DNA from: Promethearchaeota archaeon
Lineage (GTDB): Archaea > Asgardarchaeota > Lokiarchaeia > Sigyniarchaeales > SOKP01
NCBI GenBank assembly: GCA_011364975.1
Contig: RDOE01000006.1
Span: 1-64,000 of the forward strand
DNA: 64,000 nucleotides
Direction: 5' to 3'
Below the pieces are notes generated by a model. That model made no database searches. It had not been told where the DNA came from and saw only the letters and a program-made list of their open reading frames with translations. The position numbers were made by a program, and so were the translations under genes. Below, piece by piece: positions 1-9,521 of the stretch (the first letter of the stretch is position 1; each line of letters begins with the position of its first letter).

Positions 1-13
1 TTTTTTTATTAAA

Positions 14-1318
14 ATGAATACTAAAAGGGCTAAACCTCTTTTTAAAAACGAAAAAAGGGCTGTATTGTTTATAACTCTTGTTAGCTCTATTAGTGTTATT
101 AGTTTAGGGTATTTAATTTATTCCAACCCTAAGACTATCTCCAAAAGTTATGAAGTAAATAACCAATCTGTTTCTAATATTGAGATATATAATAATGTAG
201 AATTTGGAGATATCACTATAAATATGATTAATTCTAGTTCAAATAGTATTTTGAAAGCGGATTGGACGTATAACGCCTTATCGGGATATGGCCCCGCAAA
301 AGAAGTTATTTCATATCGTAGGGTGGGAGATACTTTAAAAATTTATATTAATTTTGAATATGATGAAAAAATTACTAACTTAAAATTCTATATTTATATC
401 AACCCTAATTATGAAAAGTATTCCCTTTTTAGTCAGAATGGCATTGCAAACCTTAAGGCTAAGTTTGATAGCATGATCTTTAATCATTTTTATGTAGGAA
501 CATCAACAGGGAATATTGATATAACCATGGATTATATTGGATTTTATAATAATCTAACTATCGAATCTAAATCTGGTAGAATAATTATGAATTGTTGGGA
601 AATGACATTCCATGGGAATGGTTGTTTTAATGTATTATCTGAATCAAGTTATATTGATGTAGACTGGGCTCAGCATGTCAGATTAAACCATAATGTTAAT
701 ATTACTTTTATTAGTGATAACTATGCCGAATTAGAATATTGGTGCCCCTTTGAAGTAAATCGCTATGATATTAAGTTGGAATCAATTAGTGGGACTAGAC
801 GCTTTTCAGGGGATGCTATTAATTTTATTGAAATTGAGCCGGATCATTATCAATCAATAGATATAAATGACACCAGAATTGATTTATTAACTATTAATTT
901 TAAATCAATTGAAGGGTATCTATGGGTTTATATCAAAGATTGCTTTAAACCCCAAAGATATTGTGACCAGTCAATGTCTCAATTTCCATGGGAAGTAGAA
1001 ACGAATGGAACATATCTTATACCTAGATCTAATTATGAAGTTACTGAAATTCATATTATTGAAAATATAGCAAACGCTAATATCACTTACTTTATTCTCC
1101 CTTTAGATTCAGAATACTTATTTAACTCTGAATGGAGTCTGATATATGAACAAGGTCCAGATCGAGGATTAGGTTTTATTGATCTAACAATTTCTAAAAA
1201 AATAGTGGGAGATGTTTTAGAGATTTATATTGATTTGATTTATGAAAAGGATAGAATCAAACCAATCTTTACCGGAGGCTATTTTTATATCTATTCTTAT
1301 CCAGGATTACTTACATAG
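14..1318 (+). CDS. Membrane-anchored, beta-rich extracellular protein (DUF4097/adhesin-like central region)
   Basis: Single N-terminal TM helix (AVLFITLVSSISVISLGYLIY); short beta repeats (TSTGNIDI, SKSGRIIM); N- and C-terminal regions resemble each other. Confidence 0.5.
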   Translation: MNTKRAKPLFKNEKRAVLFITLVSSISVISLGYLIYSNPKTISKSYEVNNQSVSNIEIYNNVEFGDITINMINSSSNSILKADWTYNALSGYGPAKEVISYRRVGDTLKIYINFEYDEKITNLKFYIYINPNYEKYSLFSQNGIANLKAKFDSMIFNHFYVGTSTGNIDITMDYIGFYNNLTIESKSGRIIMNCWEMTFHGNGCFNVLSESSYIDVDWAQHVRLNHNVNITFISDNYAELEYWCPFEVNRYDIKLESISGTRRFSGDAINFIEIEPDHYQSIDINDTRIDLLTINFKSIEGYLWVYIKDCFKPQRYCDQSMSQFPWEVETNGTYLIPRSNYEVTEIHIIENIANANITYFILPLDSEYLFNSEWSLIYEQGPDRGLGFIDLTISKKIVGDVLEIYIDLIYEKDRIKPIFTGGYFYIYSYPGLLT

Positions 1319-1337
1319 GATGTATCTTTAAATATAC

Positions 1338-1760
1338 TTAACTTTGATTATTCCAATTAACAATTATAGGAAAACCTTCCTTTAATGAATTGGAAACTAT
1401 GCAATGTTCCTGGAACTCTTTTATGCACTCCTCAATTTTTTCGAGGGAAGAATTCCCTTGAGTTTTATACTGCATATTTACCTTAACCTCTGTCAATCTC
1501 AGATGCTTTCTTTTACCAACATGTGATAATTTTCCATCTACAACAATTCCTAACTTATCTAAAAGAATTCTTTTTTTTTGAAGACAATAGATAAATGTAG
1601 TACCTAAGCACCCACCAATACCGATTAAGAGATATTCAACGGAGCTTGGTCCAAGATCTGTACCATGGAAAGAATGGGGTTCATCAATACTAATATCTGT
1701 AAATTGTCTTACTGCCGCTTTAAAATGAAGCTTCTCATTATAAGTCAATACTATTTTCAT
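1338..1760 (-). CDS. OsmC/Ohr family protein
   Basis: DEP...GTDLGPSSVEYLLIGIGGC motif and second Cys in HCIVSNSL. Confidence 0.9.
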   Translation of the reverse strand: MKIVLTYNEKLHFKAAVRQFTDISIDEPHSFHGTDLGPSSVEYLLIGIGGCLGTTFIYCLQKKRILLDKLGIVVDGKLSHVGKRKHLRLTEVKVNMQYKTQGNSSLEKIEECIKEFQEHCIVSNSLKEGFPIIVNWNNQS

Positions 1761-1814
1761 ATCATTACCTTTTAGTGATATATATAAAAAAAGGTTTAAA
1801 ATAGGTTCGATAAC

Positions 1815-2057
1815 CTATCCAATTTGCAGTAAATTATTAACGATAGATAAAATAAGCTGAATTACGTATGATAATACTCCAAGAATAACTAATCCAATAG
1901 CACAAATTTTAAAAACTAAAAAATAATCTTTCCTTGTTGGTTTATTCGCTATTTTTATGATCCTTTTACTGTTTTGAAAGAATAACATGATTCTTTCATA
2001 AAGAGTTAACTTCTTTCCCTTATCGAACTTTTCATATTGGGGATATTGTTGTGACAC
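1815..2057 (-). CDS. secE: Protein translocase SecE/Sec61-gamma
   Basis: RIIKIANKPTRKDY followed by one TM helix with GLVILGVLSYVI; adjacent to ftsY. Confidence 0.92.
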   Translation of the reverse strand: MSQQYPQYEKFDKGKKLTLYERIMLFFQNSKRIIKIANKPTRKDYFLVFKICAIGLVILGVLSYVIQLILSIVNNLLQIG

Positions 2058-2114
2058 ATATAAATTAAAACTAAATATTTAAAAAAGTTAACTGTTAGTT
2101 TCGTGTATTTCTTG

Positions 2115-3017
2115 TTAATCTCCATTTATCTCGAGAATACTGGAAATAAAAAGATCTCGATCAAACAACTCTAGATCGTCATAGCCTTGCCCAGTACCTA
2201 TAAAAATAATAGGTTTTTTTGTTTCAAATGATATTGATAAAGCAGAGCCACCTTTTGCATCAGCGTCAAATTTAGTTAAAATATTCGCATCAATTCCGAC
2301 CTTATCATTAAATTCTTTTGCTTGATTTAGAGCATCATTTCCAGCTAGGCTGTCACCAACAAATAAAATCAAATCAGGCTGTGCAATTCGAACAATTTTT
2401 TGCATTTCTCTCATTAAGTTTTTGTTACTCACTTGTCTCCCCGCAGTATCAACTAAAACCACATCAATACCTCTCGCAGTAGCATGTTCTATAGCATCAT
2501 ATGCTACACTCGCAGGATCTGATTGATATGCATGTTTAATTACTCTAATTCCTACACGGTCCATGTGAAATGAGAGTTGTTCAATCGCAGCAGCTCTGAA
2601 TGTATCAGATGCTGCTGCTACTGAGGAAATATTTTGCTTTTTTAAATAATGGGCGATTTTTGCTATGGTTGTGGTCTTCCCTGTACCATTTACTCCAAGA
2701 AAGACGATAACGTATGGTAGATTACTGGTTTTCTTCTTATTTATCTCCTCTATGATATCGATTTCATGATCAGGAGTTAAAATTCTTTCAACAGATTGTT
2801 TTAATATTTCAAATAAATATTTCTTTTTAGAGGAGAAACGGTTTAATTCTTCTCCTTTAATTGATTGTTGTATTGTTTTACATAAAACATCGGCAGTTTC
2901 AGTAGCTACATCATTGCTAATAAGTAATAAATTCAATTCATTTAGAGCATTTCCTACTTTCTCTTCTGTTAAAGTGGTTTTCACAAATTTCTTGAAAATA
3001 TTTCCTAATTTGTTCAT
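2115..3017 (-). CDS. ftsY: Signal recognition particle receptor FtsY
   Basis: GVNGTGKTTT, DTFRAAAIEQL, DTAGR, TKFDADAKGG, GTGQGYDDL motifs. Confidence 0.97.
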   Translation of the reverse strand: MNKLGNIFKKFVKTTLTEEKVGNALNELNLLLISNDVATETADVLCKTIQQSIKGEELNRFSSKKKYLFEILKQSVERILTPDHEIDIIEEINKKKTSNLPYVIVFLGVNGTGKTTTIAKIAHYLKKQNISSVAAASDTFRAAAIEQLSFHMDRVGIRVIKHAYQSDPASVAYDAIEHATARGIDVVLVDTAGRQVSNKNLMREMQKIVRIAQPDLILFVGDSLAGNDALNQAKEFNDKVGIDANILTKFDADAKGGSALSISFETKKPIIFIGTGQGYDDLELFDRDLFISSILEINGD

Positions 3018-3065
3018 CTAATGTTTCACATAGAAATAGCTTTTAGTAAAAATGTATAATATGAA

Positions 3066-3491
3066 TTACTTTTGCCCCATTTTAGTTTGGATTGATTGAC
3101 TCATTCCTTCAAGGCTTAATTCAAGTTTTTGAATGGTTTCTCCTAATAATTTTAATTGTTCTCTGGATTGATCAATTTGTTTATCAATAAATTCAACAGA
3201 TTCTTCTATAGGTTTTTCTATAATAGTATCTTGAGATACATTAATCAGTATTTTTTTAATTTCCTTAATATTAGCCTTAATACTAACTAGTCCACCAATC
3301 GGGATTAAAATTTCATCATTCTCTTCGACATTATCTCTAATATTCTCAATAGTAGTTTTGATCATTAACAAATTGCTTAAAGCCGCATTAAAAATTTCAT
3401 ATTGTCCTTGAGTGAATTCTAATTGTTCCTTCATAAATCTAAATTGAGATAATTCTTTTTCAAAATTTTGAGAATTTTCCATAAAAATCAA
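3066..3491 (-). CDS. pfdA: Prefoldin alpha subunit
   Basis: Coiled coils flanking EILIPIGG..beta hairpins; conserved position upstream of ftsY; ATG at 3482 is the more likely start. Confidence 0.9.
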   Translation of the reverse strand: MIFMENSQNFEKELSQFRFMKEQLEFTQGQYEIFNAALSNLLMIKTTIENIRDNVEENDEILIPIGGLVSIKANIKEIKKILINVSQDTIIEKPIEESVEFIDKQIDQSREQLKLLGETIQKLELSLEGMSQSIQTKMGQK

Positions 3492-3510
3492 TTAGTATTT
3501 AATTTTATTC

Positions 3511-3753
3511 CTATTCTGATAAATCGCGAATGAGGTAGTCTTGAACTTCATTAGGGCTTATTTCTTTAACCTCTTTAATATTTATCTGTCTCCTAAATAT
3601 ACCAATAGATGTAATTTGGCTCAAAGCTTTCTCTAAAGCATCCTCTTGTTTTAACGCTCTTACCTCTTTTCGAAATAAATATTTCTTATGATTCTTCTTA
3701 TAAGTGCCAATAATGCGATAAATCTTTACTTCTGACATAATATACAAATCCAA
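3511..3753 (-). CDS. rpl18a: Ribosomal protein eL20 (L18Ae/LX)
   Basis: KIYRIIG..FRKEVRALKQEDALEK..RRQINIKEVKEI; synteny between aIF6 and prefoldin; ATG at 3738 is the more likely start. Confidence 0.9.
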   Translation of the reverse strand: MDLYIMSEVKIYRIIGTYKKNHKKYLFRKEVRALKQEDALEKALSQITSIGIFRRQINIKEVKEISPNEVQDYLIRDLSE

Positions 3754-3848
3754 AATGGATCAAAGAACTTAAAATTGATAATAAAACAATCAATATTAAT
3801 TTTGCTTTTATAAACTAATTCATGAATTTGATACAAACCAGAGTCTTT

Positions 3849-4529
3849 TTATAATCTTAATACATTAGTTAATCTCATCATTTCTGGTCCAGTACATTCT
3901 AAACCAAAAATTCCACTAGTATCATTTACAGAAGCCCCCGAAGATAAATAAGGAATCCCACGATTTACTGTGGACACGTCAGTTTCATCTACTTTCAAAA
4001 TAGAAGTAATTTTTTCTATTTCGTCATCATTCGTTAAAGGGTGAACTAAACAACCGTTATTATTTACTAAGCCAATTGAACCTGGGAGATAATTATCTGC
4101 AAATTCATAAATTGTAACCTCAACTCCTAGGGTATCTTCAATTTCTTTTCTATAATCTTTTAAAAATGAGCTAATTATTGCACCTTTATCATTACATAAG
4201 ATTAAATTGCCGAATGCATTATCGATAGATTTTAAAACACCAATTCGGTAGTCATTGTTAAGTTTTTCCGTGTAAGTCTTTAAATTTGTTAATTCATCGT
4301 CTCTAATTATATGAGGAACAATAATCCCATTTTTATTACTTGCTGTATAGACTCCAATCAATGTAGAATTATTGATTGAAAAGGGAAATAAAGGCACTCC
4401 TAAAGCAGTCTTTATTTTTTTCTCCGCAGATTTGATTAAAGTTGATGGATATAGACCAAATAAGTTATTTAGTGCAATATATACACCAACTGAATTTCTT
4501 CCAAATAATTGATATTTTAATATAGTCAT
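3849..4529 (-). CDS. eif6: Translation initiation factor aIF6/eIF6
   Basis: LIGVY..SNKNGIIVP, GNLILCNDKGA, TVNRGIPY, TGPEMMR motifs. Confidence 0.96.
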   Translation of the reverse strand: MTILKYQLFGRNSVGVYIALNNLFGLYPSTLIKSAEKKIKTALGVPLFPFSINNSTLIGVYTASNKNGIIVPHIIRDDELTNLKTYTEKLNNDYRIGVLKSIDNAFGNLILCNDKGAIISSFLKDYRKEIEDTLGVEVTIYEFADNYLPGSIGLVNNNGCLVHPLTNDDEIEKITSILKVDETDVSTVNRGIPYLSSGASVNDTSGIFGLECTGPEMMRLTNVLRL

Positions 4530-4665
4530 ATAATTAAAATGTAAAACTTAGTATTGGATATAGAAAGTTTCAAAAAATAAATATTTTATTAAAACTGGGT
4601 TATTTTCGTGAATATTTCCGTAATTAGAGATATCTTTATAAGTAAAATTATATGAATTATAGAAT

Positions 4666-6912
4666 ATGATTAACTGGATTATTGCTTTTTACTATTTTTT
4701 AAACACCTTTGGTTTTTTAAACCTTGAGCAAATGCTTATACAAAATCTTCCCCTCTTATTGATTTGCCGTGGAATTTATATCATTACATATTACTTTAAT
4801 TATGAAAAGGATTATCTTAAAGAATTAAGAGGAGATGAGCAGTTATTCACAAAAAAGGAAGTTTATTATTTTAGCTTCAAACAACTTTTACTAATCTTAT
4901 ATGGGATATTATTTACTCCTATTGCTGTGTTTATTGCTTTTTATTCCCTATTAATAGGGGGGCATTATCTAAAAAGTGTAGGAAATAAAATTAATCGGAA
5001 AATACTAAAGATAATCGGGATTATTACCTACTTTTTCTCTCCATTGATTGGAATATTCTATTTCACTTTTATTTCTCCTAACTACTACTCTATTGCAGCT
5101 GTAGGTATTGGTTTGCTTGCTTTTTTATATTATGGATTGAAAAATTCAAAATTGTCGCTTCAAACTCTAATAGATAAATATACTAAACGCAAAATTAATA
5201 AAATCCCTAAACTTGCGAGTTATATTTTGTTTATAATTATTCTTGCGTTTCCTACTACTCTTATCATTGGAACTGCAGTATATAATCCTCAACCTAAATA
5301 TACCTTTAAGGTGCCAATGAGAGATGATGTTGAATTAGCTACTGATGTTTACTTTGCTCCAGGATCATTTGGGGCACCTCGTCCCGTTATTCTGATAAGA
5401 ACTCCATATGGTAAATCTGGTTGGGCCAATGATTTATATCTTCCAATCTACTCTATACAAGATTACCATGTCGTAATACAAGATCTTAGAGGAACTGGTG
5501 ATTCAGAAGGAGGGGGAAGCTACTTGCTTTTTGTAAATTCATATCTAGATGGTGTAGACACCATCAATTGGATTCTCAACCAAAATTGGTGCAATGGAAA
5601 AATCGCAAGTGCAGGTGTTTCCGCGTTATGTATTAATGAGTACTTCTACGCTGGAATGGGCCCTGATGGCCTTGTTGCTCAACAACTATGGTTTGGTACA
5701 CCTGAATTATTTGATCATGCGATATTTCAAGGATCGTATCATAAATCCTCAGTAGAAACTTGGATCTCTAGTACTTCGCCAACCAACGCTCAATATCAAA
5801 TTGATACCCTTTTTACAACCATACCAAAGAATGAAGTATTATATAATTCCACATCATTATCTATACCTCTTGGACCACACTATTCTAATATATCTGTTTA
5901 TGGAATTCATGTTGGAGGATGGTATGATCATTTCCTTCAAGGAACGCTTGATGGATATATAGGATATGATGATTACGGTAATTCCAGAGCAAAAGGCCAC
6001 CAAAAATTAATAATGGGCCCTTGGACACATGGTTCAGTCTATGGTGGGAAACAAGGAGAATTAACGTATCCAGAAAATTCAAATGGTTTTAACTTACTTC
6101 TCGATTGGGAAACAAAAGTTTTTGATGATGCTCTTTTAGGAATACCAACTGATTGGGATAATGCTCGAGTCGCTTATTATTTGATGGGAGATGTTGATAG
6201 TCCTTCAAATCAATGGAATTATTGGAGATACGCTTATGATTGGCCTTTGGATCACGTAGATGATGAATGGTTTTTTAATGCTGATGGTAGTTTAAGCAAA
6301 ATATCTCCGGGTGTAATTAATAAAAACTTCTCATATCTCTTTGATCCAAGATTTCCCGTTCCAAACCTTGGTGGTCAAAACCAACCCTTCGATTTAGCGG
6401 GGCCTATGGATCAATCTTCTATTGAGACTCGATCAGATGTTATAATTTTTGAGACCCCAGCTCTGACTGATGCTGTTGAAATAGTAGGAAGAATCTGGGG
6501 TCATTTATATATTGCATCAAATTGTTCTGATACTGATTTCACTATTAAACTTACGGATGTATATCCTAACGGAAGAAGTATGTTAATAACAGATGGTTCC
6601 TTAACAGTTAGATTTCGAGACAATTATTCTACAGAATTATTAATGTCTGGTAATGTGAATGATGTCTATGAAATATTAATCGATTGCTGGTCAACAGCTT
6701 ATACTTTTGCTCCAGGTCATAAAATTAGAATCGCAATTTCTAGTTCAAATTATCCTCGTTTTGCAACAAATCCAAATACAGGAGCACCTTTAGCAAGAGA
6801 ATACTTAACATCCTATATTGCTAATAATACTTTACTTACTGGTCCAAAATATAATTCTAGTATCATATTGCCAAGGTTAGTAAATATAAGCAGTACGCAT
6901 ATTATATATTGA
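4666..6912 (+). CDS. CocE/NonD family serine hydrolase with N-terminal multi-TM anchor
   Basis: MRDDVELATDVY, RTPYGK, QDLRGTGDSEG, nucleophile region GVSA, GGWYD, GPWTH, SSSNYPRF; about 200 aa hydrophobic N-terminus. Confidence 0.92.
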   Translation: MINWIIAFYYFLNTFGFLNLEQMLIQNLPLLLICRGIYIITYYFNYEKDYLKELRGDEQLFTKKEVYYFSFKQLLLILYGILFTPIAVFIAFYSLLIGGHYLKSVGNKINRKILKIIGIITYFFSPLIGIFYFTFISPNYYSIAAVGIGLLAFLYYGLKNSKLSLQTLIDKYTKRKINKIPKLASYILFIIILAFPTTLIIGTAVYNPQPKYTFKVPMRDDVELATDVYFAPGSFGAPRPVILIRTPYGKSGWANDLYLPIYSIQDYHVVIQDLRGTGDSEGGGSYLLFVNSYLDGVDTINWILNQNWCNGKIASAGVSALCINEYFYAGMGPDGLVAQQLWFGTPELFDHAIFQGSYHKSSVETWISSTSPTNAQYQIDTLFTTIPKNEVLYNSTSLSIPLGPHYSNISVYGIHVGGWYDHFLQGTLDGYIGYDDYGNSRAKGHQKLIMGPWTHGSVYGGKQGELTYPENSNGFNLLLDWETKVFDDALLGIPTDWDNARVAYYLMGDVDSPSNQWNYWRYAYDWPLDHVDDEWFFNADGSLSKISPGVINKNFSYLFDPRFPVPNLGGQNQPFDLAGPMDQSSIETRSDVIIFETPALTDAVEIVGRIWGHLYIASNCSDTDFTIKLTDVYPNGRSMLITDGSLTVRFRDNYSTELLMSGNVNDVYEILIDCWSTAYTFAPGHKIRIAISSSNYPRFATNPNTGAPLAREYLTSYIANNTLLTGPKYNSSIILPRLVNISSTHIIY

Positions 6913-6956
6913 ACTTTAAGTTAAAGATAAGATATAAAGCTTTATTTTCTTTCTCT

Positions 6957-7151
6957 TTAATCTATCATTTTTTTAAATTCCGCTTCATTAATAAACAAAA
7001 CTCCTAATTTTCTCGCCTTTTGAAATTCTTCAGATTCGTTACCTGAATTACTGGTGACAAAATACCAAAGATCATTAGTAATATCCTCTCGAATAACTCC
7101 ACCGCTTTCTTTTACTCTCTTTTCAGCTTCTTCTTTTGTGATAGTCTTCAA
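6957..7151 (-). pseudogene. Stand-alone or remnant BRCT domain resembling the LigA/RFC C-terminal BRCT
   Basis: TKEEAEKRVKESGG...KARKLGVLFINEAEF matches the BRCT consensus but lacks the first beta strand; TTG start. Confidence 0.6.
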
Positions 7152-7312
7152 ATCTTGAGAGATATAAAACTTAATTAAAGATAAATCTGCTATCCATCCT
7201 CACCAAAATTAGTATTGATCTAATTAAGTATATTGTTGAAAAATCTAAACTTAAAATAAGAAGACTATATAAAATTTTTAATTTGTTGAGGATCATAAAG
7301 CAATTAATAAAC

Positions 7313-7771
7313 TTAATCTGCTAAATAAACAACCACTAAACCATCAACATTCTTAGTTGCTCGCACTTTAATCTTTCTTGGTGGTTTTTGGATACCTCTC
7401 GACCAAATCTTTTGATTAAGTTCTTGCGAAATTATTAAAGATTCTGGCTTAAAGTGTCTTTCCATGAAGGTTCTTAAATATTTTACAGATTTCTTTGCCC
7501 ATTTAGTCCTAGGACCTCTTCTCGCTTTAGCTAATGGAACGATATAAATTCGTTCATCAATGATTTCCTCCTCAGGGGGAACCTCTTCTTCTTCTAATGC
7601 TTCAATTTCTTCTTCAAATACTTCTCCAACTTCTCCTTCTTCCGATATTTCCTCTAAACTAAATTCTTCAATCTCCTTGATCTTTGCTTCCTCATCACTT
7701 TCTACTAATTCTTCCTCAAGTTCTTCTTCTAAATCATCTAAACTTACTTCTTTCGATTTTTTCTTTGCCAT
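7313..7771 (-). CDS. rpl31e: Ribosomal protein eL31 with long acidic N-terminal extension
   Basis: ERIYIVPL, LNQKIWSRGIQKPPRKIKVR core; about 70 aa Glu-rich N-terminus. Confidence 0.95.
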   Translation of the reverse strand: MAKKKSKEVSLDDLEEELEEELVESDEEAKIKEIEEFSLEEISEEGEVGEVFEEEIEALEEEEVPPEEEIIDERIYIVPLAKARRGPRTKWAKKSVKYLRTFMERHFKPESLIISQELNQKIWSRGIQKPPRKIKVRATKNVDGLVVVYLAD

Positions 7772-7804
7772 ATTTTTTTCCTCGTGATATTATGTAAATT
7801 AACT

Positions 7805-7966
7805 TTAATCCCTCTTTAGGCGCCTATTACGCCATTCCCTTCTTGAATAGGGACTATTTCTGATTCTTCCTCCTGATTTTCGCACTATCCAAGTAGGAAC
7901 TGATTGACTTTGTTTACTTTTTTTTCCTCTTCTTATCTTTGATGGTAAATCCTTATTTCTTGCCAT
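7805..7966 (-). CDS. rpl39e: Ribosomal protein eL39 (missed by ORF track, 53 aa)
   Basis: Manual translation MARNKDLPSKIRRGKKSKQSQSVPTWIVRKSGGRIRNSPYSRREWRNRRLKRD; VPxW and RRxWR motifs; between PDCD5 and eL31. Confidence 0.95.
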   Translation of the reverse strand: MARNKDLPSKIRRGKKSKQSQSVPTWIVRKSGGRIRNSPYSRREWRNRRLKRD

Positions 7967-7981
7967 GATATTTTCTCTTTT

Positions 7982-8323
7982 TTACTTCTTTATGTTAAAT
8001 TCTTTCTTTTTTGCTTTAGCAGTTAATTGTTCTAATATTTTTTTAAACTCATTATCGGATAATGGAGTAGCTCCGCGTAAACGTCCTGATTGGAACAATT
8101 GTATTAATTGCAATTCAATCTGTTCCGCAAATTGTGGTTTCACCATTCTAATATTTTCTAATCGTTGTCTTCCCTCTTGGCTTAAAATTTGTCGCATCAA
8201 TTGATACTTTTTCTTTTCGTATTCATTTTGTTGTTGTTCTGCAATTTTTTGTTGAACTGCTTGCTGTCTTAATTCTTCTAGTTTTCTTCTTCTAATATTT
8301 TCTAATTCTTCTTCATCACTCAT
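7982..8323 (-). CDS. PDCD5-family DNA-binding protein
   Basis: DEEELENIRRRKLEEL, RQILSQEGRQRLENIRMVKP, QLIQL motifs; synteny with eS19. Confidence 0.93.
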   Translation of the reverse strand: MSDEEELENIRRRKLEELRQQAVQQKIAEQQQNEYEKKKYQLMRQILSQEGRQRLENIRMVKPQFAEQIELQLIQLFQSGRLRGATPLSDNEFKKILEQLTAKAKKKEFNIKK

Positions 8324-8363
8324 AATTATACCCTAAAAATAAATAAGCTCTAAAATATTGACC

Positions 8364-8783
8364 TTATTTCCTTAATATAATATATGCGGATCGTTCTAAA
8401 AGACTCGTTCCTTCTGGCGAAACAATTCTTCCTTCTTTTTCTTGTTTTATGATTAAATTTGCATTTTCTAGCTGTTGCAATGCTAATCTAATAATTTTTC
8501 CGCTTCCTCTAGCACTGTGATTTAATCCAACCCCCTTTCTATTTCTTCCACCATAAAATTTTCTCAATTTATTCACACCAATTGGTCCATATTTTTTAAT
8601 TCTTCTTAATAGCGAAGCACATCTTATATACCAAAAATTTTCATGATCAATGGGAGCTAATTCCTTGAAAAAAGCAGTTTTCCAAAACTGACTTCCTTTT
8701 GGGGGCTGAATTTCGTTAAATTCTTTCAGTTTTTCAGCAATAATTTTAATTAATTCTTCAGGCTCGACGATATAGATGCTAAT
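8364..8783 (-). CDS. rps19e: Ribosomal protein eS19 (139 aa, probable ATT start)
   Basis: Frame is open upstream of the tracked ORF: ISIYIVEPEELIK..KTAFFKELAPIDHENFWYIRCASLLRRI..GPIGVNKLRKFYGG; in-frame TAA two codons before ATT at 8783; GGTG 8 nt upstream. Confidence 0.93.
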   Translation of the reverse strand: MSIYIVEPEELIKIIAEKLKEFNEIQPPKGSQFWKTAFFKELAPIDHENFWYIRCASLLRRIKKYGPIGVNKLRKFYGGRNRKGVGLNHSARGSGKIIRLALQQLENANLIIKQEKEGRIVSPEGTSLLERSAYIILRK

Positions 8784-8859
8784 ATTTTATACACCAAGAA
8801 TAATAATAATAATGATACATTTTAAAAGAGTAAATAAATTAAAAATTTTTTGGTAATAA

Positions 8860-9144
8860 ATGTATTCTGGGACAATGAGAAATAATGAGGAGTTTAAAAA
8901 GATATTAAACGCCAAACCTGATTGTTCATTAGGTAAAAATGGGCTTACGAAAGAATTTCTTAATCATGTAGATCAATTACTGAAAAGATATAAAACAATC
9001 AAAATCAAAGTTTTAAAGACAATTGCATCTATGCATAATATAAATGATTTAGCCAATCAAATATCAAAAGCTACTGAATCTTATATTTTAGATACTAGGG
9101 GGAAAATGATTATAATTTCCAAACAAAACTTAAGCAAAAAATAA
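8860..9144 (+). CDS. YhbY/CRM-domain RNA-binding protein
   Basis: LGKNGLT, KTIKIKVLK, DTRGKMIII motifs. Confidence 0.88.
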   Translation: MYSGTMRNNEEFKKILNAKPDCSLGKNGLTKEFLNHVDQLLKRYKTIKIKVLKTIASMHNINDLANQISKATESYILDTRGKMIIISKQNLSKK

Positions 9145-9168
9145 AATTAATATTAAAAATTTAGTGAA

Positions 9169-9507
9169 ATGCCAAAACCTAAAAGATTTAACAAAAATAT
9201 CATAAAAAAAATAGCAGAAATAAGGATTAGTTATTTATTTGGAAAAGTTGAAGAGATTTTTCCCGAAAATAGAGATTTGGCAAATAGATATACATATTTA
9301 GCGCGAAAATATGCTCAAAGAGCAAAAATTGAGATACCTGAAAAATGGAATAAGCGAATTTGTCATAAATGTAAGAAATTTCTTTACCCTGGTATAAATT
9401 GTAGGATAAGACTTCATTCAAAAGGTAAAGGATCCCATGTTTCCCTCACATGCTTTGAATGTTATAGAACAACTCGATATTTTATCAAATTAAAGAGAAC
9501 TTTTTAA
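9169..9507 (+). CDS. rnp4: Ribonuclease P protein component 4 (Rpp21)
   Basis: IAEIRISYLF, ANRYTYLA, KRICHKC..PG..C.IR, TCFECYRTTRY zinc ribbon. Confidence 0.95.
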   Translation: MPKPKRFNKNIIKKIAEIRISYLFGKVEEIFPENRDLANRYTYLARKYAQRAKIEIPEKWNKRICHKCKKFLYPGINCRIRLHSKGKGSHVSLTCFECYRTTRYFIKLKRTF

Positions 9508-9521
9508 AGAAGTTTAAAGAA

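Noticed and set aside
7560-7787. Ser-rich plus-strand ORF
   Set aside because: Antisense shadow of the Glu-rich codons of rpl31e
8364-8576. Truncated rps19e pseudogene
   Set aside because: The full conserved N-terminal half is present in frame up to 8783
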